DNA from: a virus
Length of the DNA stretch: 18,432 nt
Virus genome (UHGV): UHGV-1652841
Direction: 5' to 3' (one strand)
Part shown: positions 8,581-16,556 of the stretch, in pieces
Position numbering within the stretch: position 1 is the first letter of the stretch
Layout of the letters: each line of letters starts with the position of its first letter
Translations under genes and position numbers: made by a program
Notes under the pieces: model-generated
What the model was told of the DNA's origin: nothing
Databases searched by the model: none
What the model saw: only the letters and a program-made list of their open reading frames with translations

Positions 8581-10217
8581 TATCTCGGTCCTGCGGGGAG
8601 TTGCTGGGTTAACTGTGAATTCACGCCCTTTTGACGGTCAACAGTCAAACGGGCAGCCTCGCGCGGATCGGAAACGCCGTGGATGTTAATGTTCGTTTCC
8701 TGCTGAATCACCGGGGCGCTGGTGGGCATATTGCTCATCACTTTCGGAATGTAGTTGCGCGTTTCCTGCGGCATTAGCCCCATTCCATAACGCTTAACAT
8801 TCCCGATCCCCCAGTTATATGATGCCAGTGCTTTGCTAAGGTCTCCGCCGTTCTGCCGCAACAGCTGGCTGAGGTACTTAGCGGCTGCCTGAGCTGACTT
8901 TTCCGGGTCGAATACATCATTCCCACGCAGGCCCATGTCGCGCGCCGTGCCATCCATAAACTGAAACAGTCCTTTCGCGCCTGCGCCGGATATGGCGAAC
9001 TGGTTACCACCCGACTCGGTGATCGCCACGCTTTTCAACAGGCCAGCTGGCAGCTGATAAAGCGACTCCAGTTTATTGAACATTGGCCCCATCCAGTCGA
9101 GCAATACCTTGCCCTGGGCCGTCGCCTGAGGTCGCTTAACCGACTGCGCTCGCTGCTCCGGCTCCAGTCCCATCTCCTGAATTTTTCGCTGGATTTGCTC
9201 ATCAGTGAAAAAGTCTTTGCCGGGATTTTCCTTTCTCAGCGCCTCATATGCCTGCTGCCTTTCAGGTACGATATTGCTGCCTATACCGCCAATCGACGCC
9301 ATTTCTTCACTGGTGGTCGGCGTATTGTTGGCAGGAATGAACATAAGCAACCATGGATTCTTGATTGCCAGCTGTGCGATCCCCTGCGCCAGCTTACCCA
9401 GCCCACCAATAGAGCCGCCAATTGCCTTACCAAGCCCCATAAATCCGGCGACAAGTCGCCCGATGCCAGTGAGCATGGAGACCAGCTTCGCACCAGCCAG
9501 AAAGCCAAACAGGATGGTGAGCGTATTTTTCCAGCCGCCGAGGTTGTCCTTGAGCTCCAGAAACTTATCGCGCAGCCACTTGAACACCTTCTTTGCCTGC
9601 TCAATTTCTGGCTGCCATTTGGACCAGTCAATCAGGCTTTTACCGCCCTCTTTCCACGTCTGGTAATCGTCGTACAGCAATCCGATCGCCAGAATCAGTG
9701 TGGTGATAATTCCAATCGGGGATTTCAGGAACGCAGAATTAAGCAGACGCCATGCGACCAGTAGAGCACCGAATATTTTCAGCAGATTTTTACTGCCATC
9801 GTCAAGACGCTTCCACCAGTCGATGACAGAGCCAGCGCCCTGTATCAGCCGCCACGCCATTCTCGTGAATGCGTTCGCAAGCCAGATCACGCCTTTAATA
9901 ACTCTGGTCAGCGTCTCTTCAATCTTCGGGAAATTGTCGAGGATGCGCCGCCGCAGGCTGTCCAGCGAACCAGCCAGGCCACCAGCGAGGTTTGAGCCGA
10001 TCTTGTCCCGCATGATGCCGAACAGCGACGTAAGCCCGCGCATGGACGTCATGAATTTGTTGGACTGAACAGCCGCTTTATCAGCGTTGAACCCTGTCTT
10101 TTGCAGCATCGACTGGTAATCGGCGGTAAAGCCATTCATGCCGCGCCGCATCGCCATCAGCGTGTTTTCATCGATGCCAAGCATCTGCGCGTATTGTTTC
10201 GCGCGGTAATACGGCAT
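8580..10217 (-). CDS. Tail tape measure protein with C-terminal lytic transglycosylase (SLT) domain
   Basis: 545 aa; central hydrophobic segments; C-terminal SLT-like motif ...VAITESGGNQFAISGAGAKGLFQFMDGTARDMGL...YNWGIGNV; position upstream of baseplate genes. Upstream context is a deletion junction, so the N-terminus may not be native. Confidence 0.75.
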   Translation of the reverse strand: MPYYRAKQYAQMLGIDENTLMAMRRGMNGFTADYQSMLQKTGFNADKAAVQSNKFMTSMRGLTSLFGIMRDKIGSNLAGGLAGSLDSLRRRILDNFPKIEETLTRVIKGVIWLANAFTRMAWRLIQGAGSVIDWWKRLDDGSKNLLKIFGALLVAWRLLNSAFLKSPIGIITTLILAIGLLYDDYQTWKEGGKSLIDWSKWQPEIEQAKKVFKWLRDKFLELKDNLGGWKNTLTILFGFLAGAKLVSMLTGIGRLVAGFMGLGKAIGGSIGGLGKLAQGIAQLAIKNPWLLMFIPANNTPTTSEEMASIGGIGSNIVPERQQAYEALRKENPGKDFFTDEQIQRKIQEMGLEPEQRAQSVKRPQATAQGKVLLDWMGPMFNKLESLYQLPAGLLKSVAITESGGNQFAISGAGAKGLFQFMDGTARDMGLRGNDVFDPEKSAQAAAKYLSQLLRQNGGDLSKALASYNWGIGNVKRYGMGLMPQETRNYIPKVMSNMPTSAPVIQQETNINIHGVSDPREAARLTVDRQKGVNSQLTQQLPAGPR

Positions 10218-10323
10218 GTTGTTGAGCTTTTGCCCAACCCGCCCTGATAGCTGCCTGTGTGGCGTTTAAATCTTTCAGGTACTCACGGGCAAACAGCTCT
10301 TGTTTGTCGGTGAGCTTTGCCAT
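10174..10323 (-). pseudogene. Terminase small subunit, N-terminal stub (about 28 native residues, then out-of-context sequence)
   Basis: MAKLTDKQELFAREYLKDLNATQAAIRAG matches the conserved N-terminus of P27-type terminase small subunits; after AAIRAG the frame reads WAKAQQHAVLPRETIRADAWHR-stop. No terminase large subunit, portal or capsid genes follow. Confidence 0.6.
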
Positions 10324-10675
10324 TGTTGGCTCCGTTTATCCGTTAAAAGGGATATCAGTTAAGTTATCCCGTGCAGGGTATAAGCCATTGTCGAGACCAC
10401 TCATTGAATGGCCTCTGCAATAACCGATGTCTTTCCATCAGCCCGCCACCACAAAGAATCTTTTTTGCCATAAGGCTGGAGGTTCATCTTTCAGTGGCTG
10501 CCAGTGTTATTTCCCCACTTACTGGCTTGGGTTGCTTCGTGGTACTGCCGTAACTGGTGGTGCACAGATTTAGTTAAATCTGTTCTCGCCTGAACTATCT
10601 TTTACATACCCGGATTGTGGGGATGTAAATCACGGTTTCATTATCAAGCCCACCCGTAGATGGGCTTTGTAATGG

Positions 10676-10933
10676 CTACTTCGCTTTTGCTTCCGCTCGC
10701 TTACGCCGGCGCTCTTCTTTCCTCTCGGCTTTTGCCATGTCCATGAATGCCTGCATGATCGAGTTCCGCATCATGTAGCTAACAAAGTGATGATTGACAC
10801 AGCCGTTGAGGCGCAGCTGCTCGCCAAACTCATCCACCGAGGCCAATGCTTCCCTCATGCCCTTCTCGCCTTTCATGAACTCTGAGAAGTCGCGCCCCGC
10901 TCTGGAGGCGCATTCAATGACACGATCACTCAT
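10676..10933 (-). CDS. Hypothetical small phage protein
   Basis: 85 aa ORF with basic C-terminal tail; start overlaps the stop of the upstream KilA-N gene; followed by a 7-bp-stem hairpin (AAGCCCA / TGGGCTT). Confidence 0.45.
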   Translation of the reverse strand: MSDRVIECASRAGRDFSEFMKGEKGMREALASVDEFGEQLRLNGCVNHHFVSYMMRNSIMQAFMDMAKAERKEERRRKRAEAKAK

Positions 10934-11427
10934 CCCGGAAGCCCGGGGATCGTAATCTGCAGCTGGTTAGCCAGGGAGTTAATCTCAGCGACCAACACTG
11001 GCTTCGTATAGCGCCATGCTGCCAGCCCTTGTCCGCAGAAGCTCGCCATGTCTTTCTTCTGGTCAAACTCATGACATTTCATGTTGAGCTGCGCACTTAA
11101 GCTGTTGCGATGCTGAAGTTCTCCGGTGAAGTAGTCATCGAGGACTTTATAGGCCGCGTACTTGAACCCGGGGTTTAACCAAGCCGCATAATCGTAAGCA
11201 ACAAACTTCCCGCCATATGTTCCACCGTGTACACCGCGCTCAGTAAAAACCACAGATTCGTGGTTTTTCTCCAGCTCGGCTAAGAACTCTTTGGTCTGCT
11301 TGTTTCGCAGGTAGTGGTAAGGCGATTCAGATTCACTTTTACCACTAGCTTTCCACATATCAGTGAGGCAGATCATGCCATCTTCACCGATACGAATTGG
11401 TTGATTGAAGAGGGTTAATGATTTCAT
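10930..11427 (-). CDS. KilA-N domain protein
   Basis: 165 aa; N-terminal ...QPIRIGEDGMICLTDMWKASGK...GGTYGGKFVAYDYAAWLNPGFKYAAYKVL fits the KilA-N pattern. Confidence 0.7.
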   Translation of the reverse strand: MKSLTLFNQPIRIGEDGMICLTDMWKASGKSESESPYHYLRNKQTKEFLAELEKNHESVVFTERGVHGGTYGGKFVAYDYAAWLNPGFKYAAYKVLDDYFTGELQHRNSLSAQLNMKCHEFDQKKDMASFCGQGLAAWRYTKPVLVAEINSLANQLQITIPGLPG

Positions 11428-11541
11428 AGCGTGTACCTACTCTTTGAAATGAACCTTTGCCGCACAGGAAACCAGCCCACCGAGGCTCGCCAGCACTAAC
11501 TGGTATCCTCAAAGGCCCATTCCAAAGGGGCAGGTTCGGTG

Positions 11542-11597
11542 TAAAAAACATGCGTTGCGGTACGCATTTATTGCAAAAAGCCCCGCATCGCGAGGCT
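11542..11597 (-). terminator. Two tandem intrinsic terminators downstream of the lysis cassette
   Basis: Minus-strand hairpin GCCTCGC-GAT-GCGGGGC followed by TTTTTG, then hairpin ATGCGT-ACCGCA-ACGCAT followed by GTTTTTTAC. Confidence 0.5.
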
Positions 11598-11628
11598 CAT
11601 TAAATGGACTTTGTGATTTGCAAAAAAA

Positions 11629-12096
11629 TTATTTCAGGCATTGCGTCCTGATGTATTCCTGCAGGTAGTTAACCTGCGCGGTTATCTTGTCGATTCCACT
11701 TCGTAGACGGTAATAATTGAGTTCAGCATCTGCTGTAAGTCTTGGGCTTTCTCCATCGCCCATGCTGCTGGCTCCGGTCGTTGACTTTGCACAGGTGGCG
11801 GCGACTTGCAGGCGCTTACGGCCAGCAATGACATCGCTATGCAGACGCTCAATGGTTTCTTTCGCATCAGCCAGTTCTCCGGTGTATTTGGCATCCAGTG
11901 CAGCGACATCACGCTGGCGGGTCTGCATGTCTTTAATGGTGGCGGTCGCCAGGAGGAGTTTCTCAGTGGCCTTATCGCGCTGGTCTCTGTAAGTGATGGC
12001 GTTGTCGCGGTAGTGGTTCACGAAGAAAGCCAGTGCGCCGATTAACGCCAGCACCAGCAACTGCAGCCAGTAACGCTTAACCAGTGCGCTAATCAT
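11629..12096 (-). CDS. Rz-like i-spanin
   Basis: 155 aa; N-terminal TM segment then ...[14 protein letters not shown]...[22 protein letters not shown], very close to lambda Rz; ends ...YIRTQCLK; ATGA overlap with endolysin. Confidence 0.85.
   Translation of the reverse strand: MISALVKRYWLQLLVLALIGALAFFVNHYRDNAITYRDQRDKATEKLLLATATIKDMQTRQRDVAALDAKYTGELADAKETIERLHSDVIAGRKRLQVAATCAKSTTGASSMGDGESPRLTADAELNYYRLRSGIDKITAQVNYLQEYIRTQCLK
11682..11867 (-). CDS. Rz1-like o-spanin lipoprotein, embedded in the +1 frame of Rz
   Basis: Embedded ORF; probable start [20 protein letters not shown] (lipobox VSAC) followed by a proline-rich segment [12 protein letters not shown], as in Rz1. Confidence 0.7.
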   Translation of the reverse strand: MRKKPLSVCIAMSLLAVSACKSPPPVQSQRPEPAAWAMEKAQDLQQMLNSIITVYEVESTR

Positions 12097-12542
12097 GACA
12101 GGAACAGAGCTCGCTCTGCCTTGCGGCGATTCGTGAGCCCCGGCATCACCTTTCCGCCTGATTTATTCCAGCGCAGAAATTCATCTGCCGCGCCTTTTAT
12201 ATCGCCAGCATTCAGCTTTTTCAGCAGTGTAGATGTGGAAAGAGCACGCGACCCAACGTTGTAAGCGAACGACACCAGTGCGTCGAACTGGCCTTGTGTC
12301 AGCTTCACCCTGACAACTTTCAGCACGTCATTCTCATAACCAACAAGCCCTGTTTTCAGAAGCCTGTCAGCGGTTTGCTGGTCGATAGTCATACCGCGCT
12401 TTACTGGCTTTCCGTCAACCGGATGGGTCCAGCCATAGCCGATGGTCCACGGCGCATCTCCCGTTCCGGGGTCGGGGTAAGCAGTCAGCCGACAACCTTC
12501 AAATTTTTTTATCAGAGCAATTCCGTCAGGACTGGTTTGCAT
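12093..12542 (-). CDS. Endolysin, T4-lysozyme-like (GH24) family
   Basis: Resembles P22 gp19-type lysozyme (…[18 protein letters not shown]...GYG...[11 protein letters not shown]). Likely start is MQTSPDG (12542), overlapping the holin end; the listed ORF extends to 12614. Confidence 0.85.
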   Translation of the reverse strand: MQTSPDGIALIKKFEGCRLTAYPDPGTGDAPWTIGYGWTHPVDGKPVKRGMTIDQQTADRLLKTGLVGYENDVLKVVRVKLTQGQFDALVSFAYNVGSRALSTSTLLKKLNAGDIKGAADEFLRWNKSGGKVMPGLTNRRKAERALFLS

Positions 12543-12858
12543 CGTCAACTCCCGCCTTTTTTGCTGCAAGTTTTTTAATAAGATTGCCGATCGAATCGGT
12601 GCCGATGTATCCAATAAAGACGCTGGCTATGTAGGCGAGGTTGCTGCTCAGGCCGATAAAGTCCAGAAGGTCACGAACGAACCAGGCAATCATCGCGCAC
12701 ATCAGCGCATCAATTAGCGTTTTTGTTACCGCGCCGCCGTTATAGCGACCACGCAGATACGCCATGATAAAAGCCAGCATTGCACCAATACCCTGCTCCT
12801 TGGCGGCAAGTAGCGCAGCGATGAAATCTTGTTTGTATGGCATTTTCATAGGCCTCAC
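12526..12858 (-). CDS. Holin (lambdoid class, dual-start motif)
   Basis: 110 aa; ...[26 protein letters not shown]...[16 protein letters not shown]... closely resembles lambdoid-prophage holins; N-terminus MRPMKM offers alternative starts; GGAGGT SD upstream. Confidence 0.85.
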   Translation of the reverse strand: MRPMKMPYKQDFIAALLAAKEQGIGAMLAFIMAYLRGRYNGGAVTKTLIDALMCAMIAWFVRDLLDFIGLSSNLAYIASVFIGYIGTDSIGNLIKKLAAKKAGVDDANQS

Positions 12859-13057
12859 CTCCGATTTTCCGGATGGTGCTGTGTGTGTGTTTGAAAAGGG
12901 TCAGGCTTCACGGGCTGGATTTATCAACAAAGCACGTAGCGGATGATTCCCGTGAGCCTGAAATTGATGAATATGTCTGAAATAACTAGACCATTAGTAA
13001 AACAACTCGATAAATGTGGTTAAATGAGACTACGTTCTCACAACTTAATTAGTACCA

Positions 13058-13228
13058 ATGATTATCAAGCCCTGCCCCTACTGCGGAAAGTTAATTAACC
13101 CAGAATCACTTGTGTGTAGCCACTGCCGGATAGTGAATCCTTTTGTGAAGGCCAGCAGAAGAGAAAAAGCGAAGAATGTATTAGTAATCGCTCTCGTTGC
13201 TGCTTTTTTAATTTGGATGATTCTCTGA
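13058..13228 (+). CDS. Small zinc-ribbon, tail-anchored membrane protein (not in the supplied ORF list; under 60 aa)
   Basis: 56 codons: MIIKPCPYCGKLINPESLVCSHCRIVNPFVKASRREKAKNVLVIALVAAFLIWMIL; CPYC...CSHC zinc-ribbon spacing plus a C-terminal hydrophobic helix; AT-rich context; weak SD. Confidence 0.4.
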   Translation: MIIKPCPYCGKLINPESLVCSHCRIVNPFVKASRREKAKNVLVIALVAAFLIWMIL

Positions 13229-13259
13229 GTTGCCAGTTTTCAATGAAGATAATGCGGGC

Positions 13260-13286
13260 AAAAAAAGCCTGCTCGGACGAACAGGC
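13260..13286 (-). terminator. Intrinsic terminator (minus strand) in the Q-to-lysis intergenic zone
   Basis: Stem GCCTG / CAGGC with 10-nt loop, followed on the minus strand by TTTTTTT. Confidence 0.4.
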
Positions 13287-13665
13287 ATGAAAAATAACAA
13301 TACCGTCAAGGAGGTGGCGCCGGGTGCCTCCCGGTGGAACAGCCCCAGCCGACTAGTTCCGCGCAAACAAACCTGGACAAAAAAGTTTGACTGGACGCCC
13401 CGCCGCATAGGGGGATTCACCACGAACCAAAAGATAAAATCATCCGGTGACCGGGGCAATATCTAACCGGAACTTTTCAGAATCACTTATTGTTTCCTGG
13501 AGAGTACATGAGCGTTGGTGAATTCACGTGATGCTTTTGGATGAGCGCTGAACCCAAAGGTCAGTATTTTCACACAGCAATTTTGCAAAAAGCAGCGCCC
13601 ATTCAAAACCAGGTCGCTTTCCAGTCACTCCGGGGAACCCATCATCGCAGACTGGAAAGCTTTTA

Positions 13666-13694
13666 CTGGAGCGGGCAAAGGAATCGAACCTCTG
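13666..13694 (-). other. tRNA 3'-end-like fragment (T-arm, acceptor 3' strand, CCA); possible att-core or tRNA remnant
   Basis: Minus strand reads AGAGGTTCGATTCCTTTGCCCGCTCCA: canonical GGTTCGATTCC T-loop and a ...CCCGCTCCA 3' end resembling a Gly-tRNA terminus. No complementary 5' acceptor strand within about 80 nt upstream. Confidence 0.3.
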
Positions 13695-13703
13695 ACGCGC
13701 AGC

Positions 13704-13958
13704 TTATTTCCAGCTTTCGCCATTTAAGGCTGAAAGCACTGTTTGATGTGTTACACCAAACATTCTCCCTAGCCCTCTGGCTCCATAAACCTTATGTCGT
13801 GGAATGTAGTTTTCTCTGATGAACTGGACGCTGTCCATTGTTAGCTTGCTCATACCATTCAGCTCACCAGCTACTAAGTAGCTAAGGTCAAATTTGGTTT
13901 TCTGAATGTGGCATGCAGAACATAGTAGTTGGCACTTTTCAACCTCAGCATAAAACAC
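13704..13958 (-). CDS. HNH endonuclease-like remnant with C-terminal HTH-like region
   Basis: 84 aa, GTG start right after an in-frame TAG; begins inside an HNH-type zinc motif (…LLCSACHIQKT…) without the upstream HNH residues; C-terminus ...FIRENYIPRHKVYGARGLGRMFGVTHQTVLSALNGESWK resembles HTH tails of phage HNH proteins. Confidence 0.35.
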   Translation of the reverse strand: MFYAEVEKCQLLCSACHIQKTKFDLSYLVAGELNGMSKLTMDSVQFIRENYIPRHKVYGARGLGRMFGVTHQTVLSALNGESWK

Positions 13959-14165
13959 CTAATCTGAGTGATAGTGCATCTCGCTTACATTTGCTGATTT
14001 GGTGGAAGGGTCTATGTGGTCAAACTGAAGCGAATATTCGGATCCGCAACTCGCGCAACGACCACCCAACTTTTCCACGGTCTTAGCAAGCCTAGCCCTT
14101 CGATTAAGATAGTAATCTTTGCTCGGCATTTACCACCTCTACCATTGGAGCTAAACCAGCATGTT

Positions 14166-14240
14166 TGGCGGGATAGCGTGGACTCGAACCACGATAAGAA
14201 GGTTAACAGCCTTCCGTAATGACCTTTATACGACTGACCC
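14166..14240 (-). tRNA. tRNA-like element, anticodon GTT (Asn-type), imperfect acceptor and D stems; possibly degenerate
   Basis: Minus strand: GGGTCAG-T-CGTA-TAAAGGTCAT-TACG-GAAGG-CTGTTAA-CCTTC-TTAT-CGTGG-TTCGAGT-CCACG-CTATCCC-G-CCA. Perfect anticodon and T arms and encoded CCA, but two adjacent mismatches in the acceptor stem and no nucleotide 26. Lies 60-90 nt downstream of the Q gene. Confidence 0.35.
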
Positions 14241-14330
14241 AAATAAAAAAGCCACCGTTGCAACTTAAGAGTCACTAACGGCAGCTTATGCGAATAGTGT
14301 TGCTCATTTGCTCAATGATGTCAACACGTT

Positions 14331-14819
14331 CTATGCTACATGTTTAATTTTCTCTACACGTTTCCGGTTTTTAAACGCACTATCCAGAACCGGGTAAATC
14401 ATAAACAACGAGGCATTGAGGATTTCGTCAACTTCCCGACGACAGGTTGCGAGCGATGGTTTTTGAATGCGCCCTCCGCCCCGGCATAACATCTTGCGAG
14501 GTCTTGCGACGCGATGATAGTAAGATGCAATGGCGTGCTTGGAAGATCCATGGGCGTAGTAGCTGAGGAGGATGCCAAAGGCTTTCTTGTCAATGTACAT
14601 GACGGAATCGACGACCTGAGAAATCAACATTCCATCATCATCATTGCACATTGGCCTTGTCATAACTCTTCCCGGCTCTACGCTCTCCATGAACTTCGCT
14701 ATTACGCTGCTCATGCGCTTTTCAAGACGACCTGAATAAACCCATGCCCCCCACAGTTCAAGCCAGCCATTCAGCCACTCGTGCTGCTCTTTGGTGAGGT
14801 TTAGTTCTCTTATGCCCAT
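14331..14819 (-). CDS. Late-gene antiterminator Q (QuuD-like family)
   Basis: 162 aa; LELWGAWVYSG...RPMCNDDDGMLISQVVD...ILLSYYAHG matches the pattern of lambdoid-prophage Q proteins (…RWGAWAA…RPQCCDDDAMII…DYYV…); position after ninH/rusA and before the lysis genes. Confidence 0.7.
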   Translation of the reverse strand: MGIRELNLTKEQHEWLNGWLELWGAWVYSGRLEKRMSSVIAKFMESVEPGRVMTRPMCNDDDGMLISQVVDSVMYIDKKAFGILLSYYAHGSSKHAIASYYHRVARPRKMLCRGGGRIQKPSLATCRREVDEILNASLFMIYPVLDSAFKNRKRVEKIKHVA

Positions 14820-15004
14820 CGTCTTCCCCTCTTGCCCTGTTTGACCATCAGGACGCCGTTAACTATTACGTGACGCTCGCCTTTGCTGTCTCGGTTGTAC
14901 TTAAGCACTGTTCCTCTTGCGCAGGAAAGCATCCTTGCCACTTCGGTCTGATTGCCTCGTGTCTGGATAAGAAGCTCTGGTATCGTTTGAATTGTGGCGT
15001 TCAT
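14810..15004 (-). CDS. ninH: NinH-like protein
   Basis: 64 aa; …TIPELLIQTRGNQTEVARMLSCARGTVLKYNRD…HVIVNGVLMV… closely parallels lambda NinH. Confidence 0.7.
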   Translation of the reverse strand: MNATIQTIPELLIQTRGNQTEVARMLSCARGTVLKYNRDSKGERHVIVNGVLMVKQGKRGRRWA

Positions 15005-15363
15005 ACGTTCTCCAGTTCGGTGATTTTTATTCCAAGCCGTCCGCCTGGTACTTTCACGCCACGAATTACGCGAATGTCATCGAATTGCTCGTCGTCTTCC
15101 GCAAATCCGGCGTGGATAAGGGAGTCGAGTAAACCTTTCAGGATGTTGTCGAGGTCGCGGCGGCGGGAGTCTGGAACGTCTGCGATGACTTTGATGCGGA
15201 GTCGTGATTTGGTGAAAATGTCTAACTTAAGTTGGCGGATGATTTGCTGAACGTCTTTTCGGTATTTCTGGCCTTTATCGCTGATGTAGTATTGGCTTCC
15301 CCGTCTTCGCCAGTAGGTATTCACCGACGGCGGGTATGGAAGCACAAACTGATATTCGTTCAT
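15001..15363 (-). CDS. rusA: Holliday junction resolvase RusA
   Basis: 120 aa; …LPYPPSVNTYWRRRG…DVPDSRRRDLDNILKGLLDSLIHAGF..DD.QF.DIRVI…GGRL.I.ITE… is the RusA family signature with catalytic Asp residues. Confidence 0.9.
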   Translation of the reverse strand: MNEYQFVLPYPPSVNTYWRRRGSQYYISDKGQKYRKDVQQIIRQLKLDIFTKSRLRIKVIADVPDSRRRDLDNILKGLLDSLIHAGFAEDDEQFDDIRVIRGVKVPGGRLGIKITELENV

Positions 15364-15650
15364 GACTTAATCTTCCCCTCCTTCAGCAGTATCGCCTGCG
15401 TCCTGATCACGCCTTCGAGGTGGTAAAGCCTGGCGTCTTTGTTGTCGAGATTATGGGTGCGTCGGTCGATTTCATCGTGACACGCGCTACAAGCCCATGC
15501 GCCGATCAGGTCGTCAGGCTTCATTCCCGTTCCGCAAATTCCAGCCATCCGGTAATGTGCCAGAACTGTAGTTTCAGGGTTGCCATTGCATACGCCGTAA
15601 ATACGTACCTGGCATTCTCTGCCGCGCGCTTCTTTGCGTAGGTTAGCCAT
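15360..15650 (-). CDS. DUF1364-family protein (YbcO-like, putative metal-dependent nuclease)
   Basis: 96 aa; MANLRKEARGRECQVRIYGVCNGNPETTVLAHYR…CSACHDEID… matches YbcO-type nin-region proteins. Confidence 0.8.
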   Translation of the reverse strand: MANLRKEARGRECQVRIYGVCNGNPETTVLAHYRMAGICGTGMKPDDLIGAWACSACHDEIDRRTHNLDNKDARLYHLEGVIRTQAILLKEGKIKS

Positions 15651-16372
15651 TAAGCAGCCTCTCCTGTTACTTTCAGCATTCCGTTATCGAGCAACTTTCT
15701 GGTCAGCCACTGTTGACCGCGCCCGGTGATTTTTGTGGTGAACGATATCTGTATTCCGTGATTTGTATTGACCGCTGTTTCTTTCACTGTGAAATAGCCG
15801 CGATCCATATATTCCTGCATTGGCACATTGCGCCGGGAACCTGAAGCAATAAGGATTTTGTGATCGCGCATCCACGCAAACAGTTTGTTTGGACCAATAC
15901 CGACAACCTTTGCAAAGTTTCCAATCAAAATTCCGCTGGCCTCGCCAACGCGATCGGCAAACTCAACTTTAGGTGCGGCAATTGCGAGCTGGTTTTCCAG
16001 TTGCATTTTCTGCTCAGCAAGATCAGCAGCAAGGCGCAACGCTTCTGGTAGCGTTTTGGGGATATTAACCGCAGCTTCTTCAAGCTCTCGCCAGCGGTCA
16101 ACAAGGCGAGCGGTGAATTCCGGCGACAACTGGGCAACAACGACAATACTGTCTCGCTTACCTTGTTCGCCTTCGAAGACGTAATGCTCGTACTGAACAT
16201 TGAACCCTAAGTTATTGATTCTTTCGGAAACCTCAATTTGAGGAAGCCGGATAACACCATTTTTAGCCAGCGTTTCGATGGTACGTTTCACATTGTCATG
16301 ACGCTTACCAACCAACTCAGCGATTTCAATGCTTGTCATTTTGATGGCATTGCCATTTATTAACTCATTCAT
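15650..16372 (-). CDS. Phage antirepressor (Rha-type N-terminal domain plus KilAC/Ant C-terminal domain)
   Basis: 240 aa; N-terminal …MTSIEIAELVGKRHDNVKRTIETL… (Rha-like) and C-terminal antirepressor-like domain. Confidence 0.75.
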   Translation of the reverse strand: MNELINGNAIKMTSIEIAELVGKRHDNVKRTIETLAKNGVIRLPQIEVSERINNLGFNVQYEHYVFEGEQGKRDSIVVVAQLSPEFTARLVDRWRELEEAAVNIPKTLPEALRLAADLAEQKMQLENQLAIAAPKVEFADRVGEASGILIGNFAKVVGIGPNKLFAWMRDHKILIASGSRRNVPMQEYMDRGYFTVKETAVNTNHGIQISFTTKITGRGQQWLTRKLLDNGMLKVTGEAA

Positions 16373-16535
16373 CGTCTTCTTCCTCGTGCATCGAGCTATT
16401 CGGATCGCTCATCAGTTCTGCGCAGCAGTGCTCACACACGTGAACTTCCAGCACATGCAGCTTCTGACCGTAGTTAGCGCACGTTAAAGCTCGCTCGACA
16501 CTTCCTTGTTCGTAACTTCGATTTTGGTCAATCAC
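16365..16535 (-). CDS. Small Cys-rich ORF (possible zinc-binding protein); not in supplied list
   Basis: 56 codons from GTG with GAGGAAAA SD: VIDQNRSYEQGSVERALTCANYGQKLHVLEVHVCEHCCAELMSDPNSSMHEEEDDE; stop overlaps the antirepressor start. In frame with the truncated helicase after its TAG but unlike a DnaB C-terminus. Confidence 0.3.
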   Translation of the reverse strand: MIDQNRSYEQGSVERALTCANYGQKLHVLEVHVCEHCCAELMSDPNSSMHEEEDDE

Positions 16536-16556
16536 CTTGTTTTCCTCGCACGTTCT

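Noticed and set aside
2880-10217. Possibility that the tail genes form a tailocin or contractile injection system
   Set aside because: No sheath, tube or assembly-chaperone genes are present in the window; only tape measure, baseplate and fibre genes remain, so a functional contractile particle cannot be encoded here.
13654-13740. Complete tRNA gene around the GGTTCGATTCC T-loop
   Set aside because: No 5' acceptor strand complementary to the 3' end and no D or anticodon arms could be folded; kept only as a 3' fragment.
14296-14324. Late promoter immediately downstream of Q (minus-strand TTGACA at 14319-14324)
   Set aside because: A good -35 hexamer is present but no convincing -10 hexamer at 16-19 bp spacing, so it is not called as a feature.
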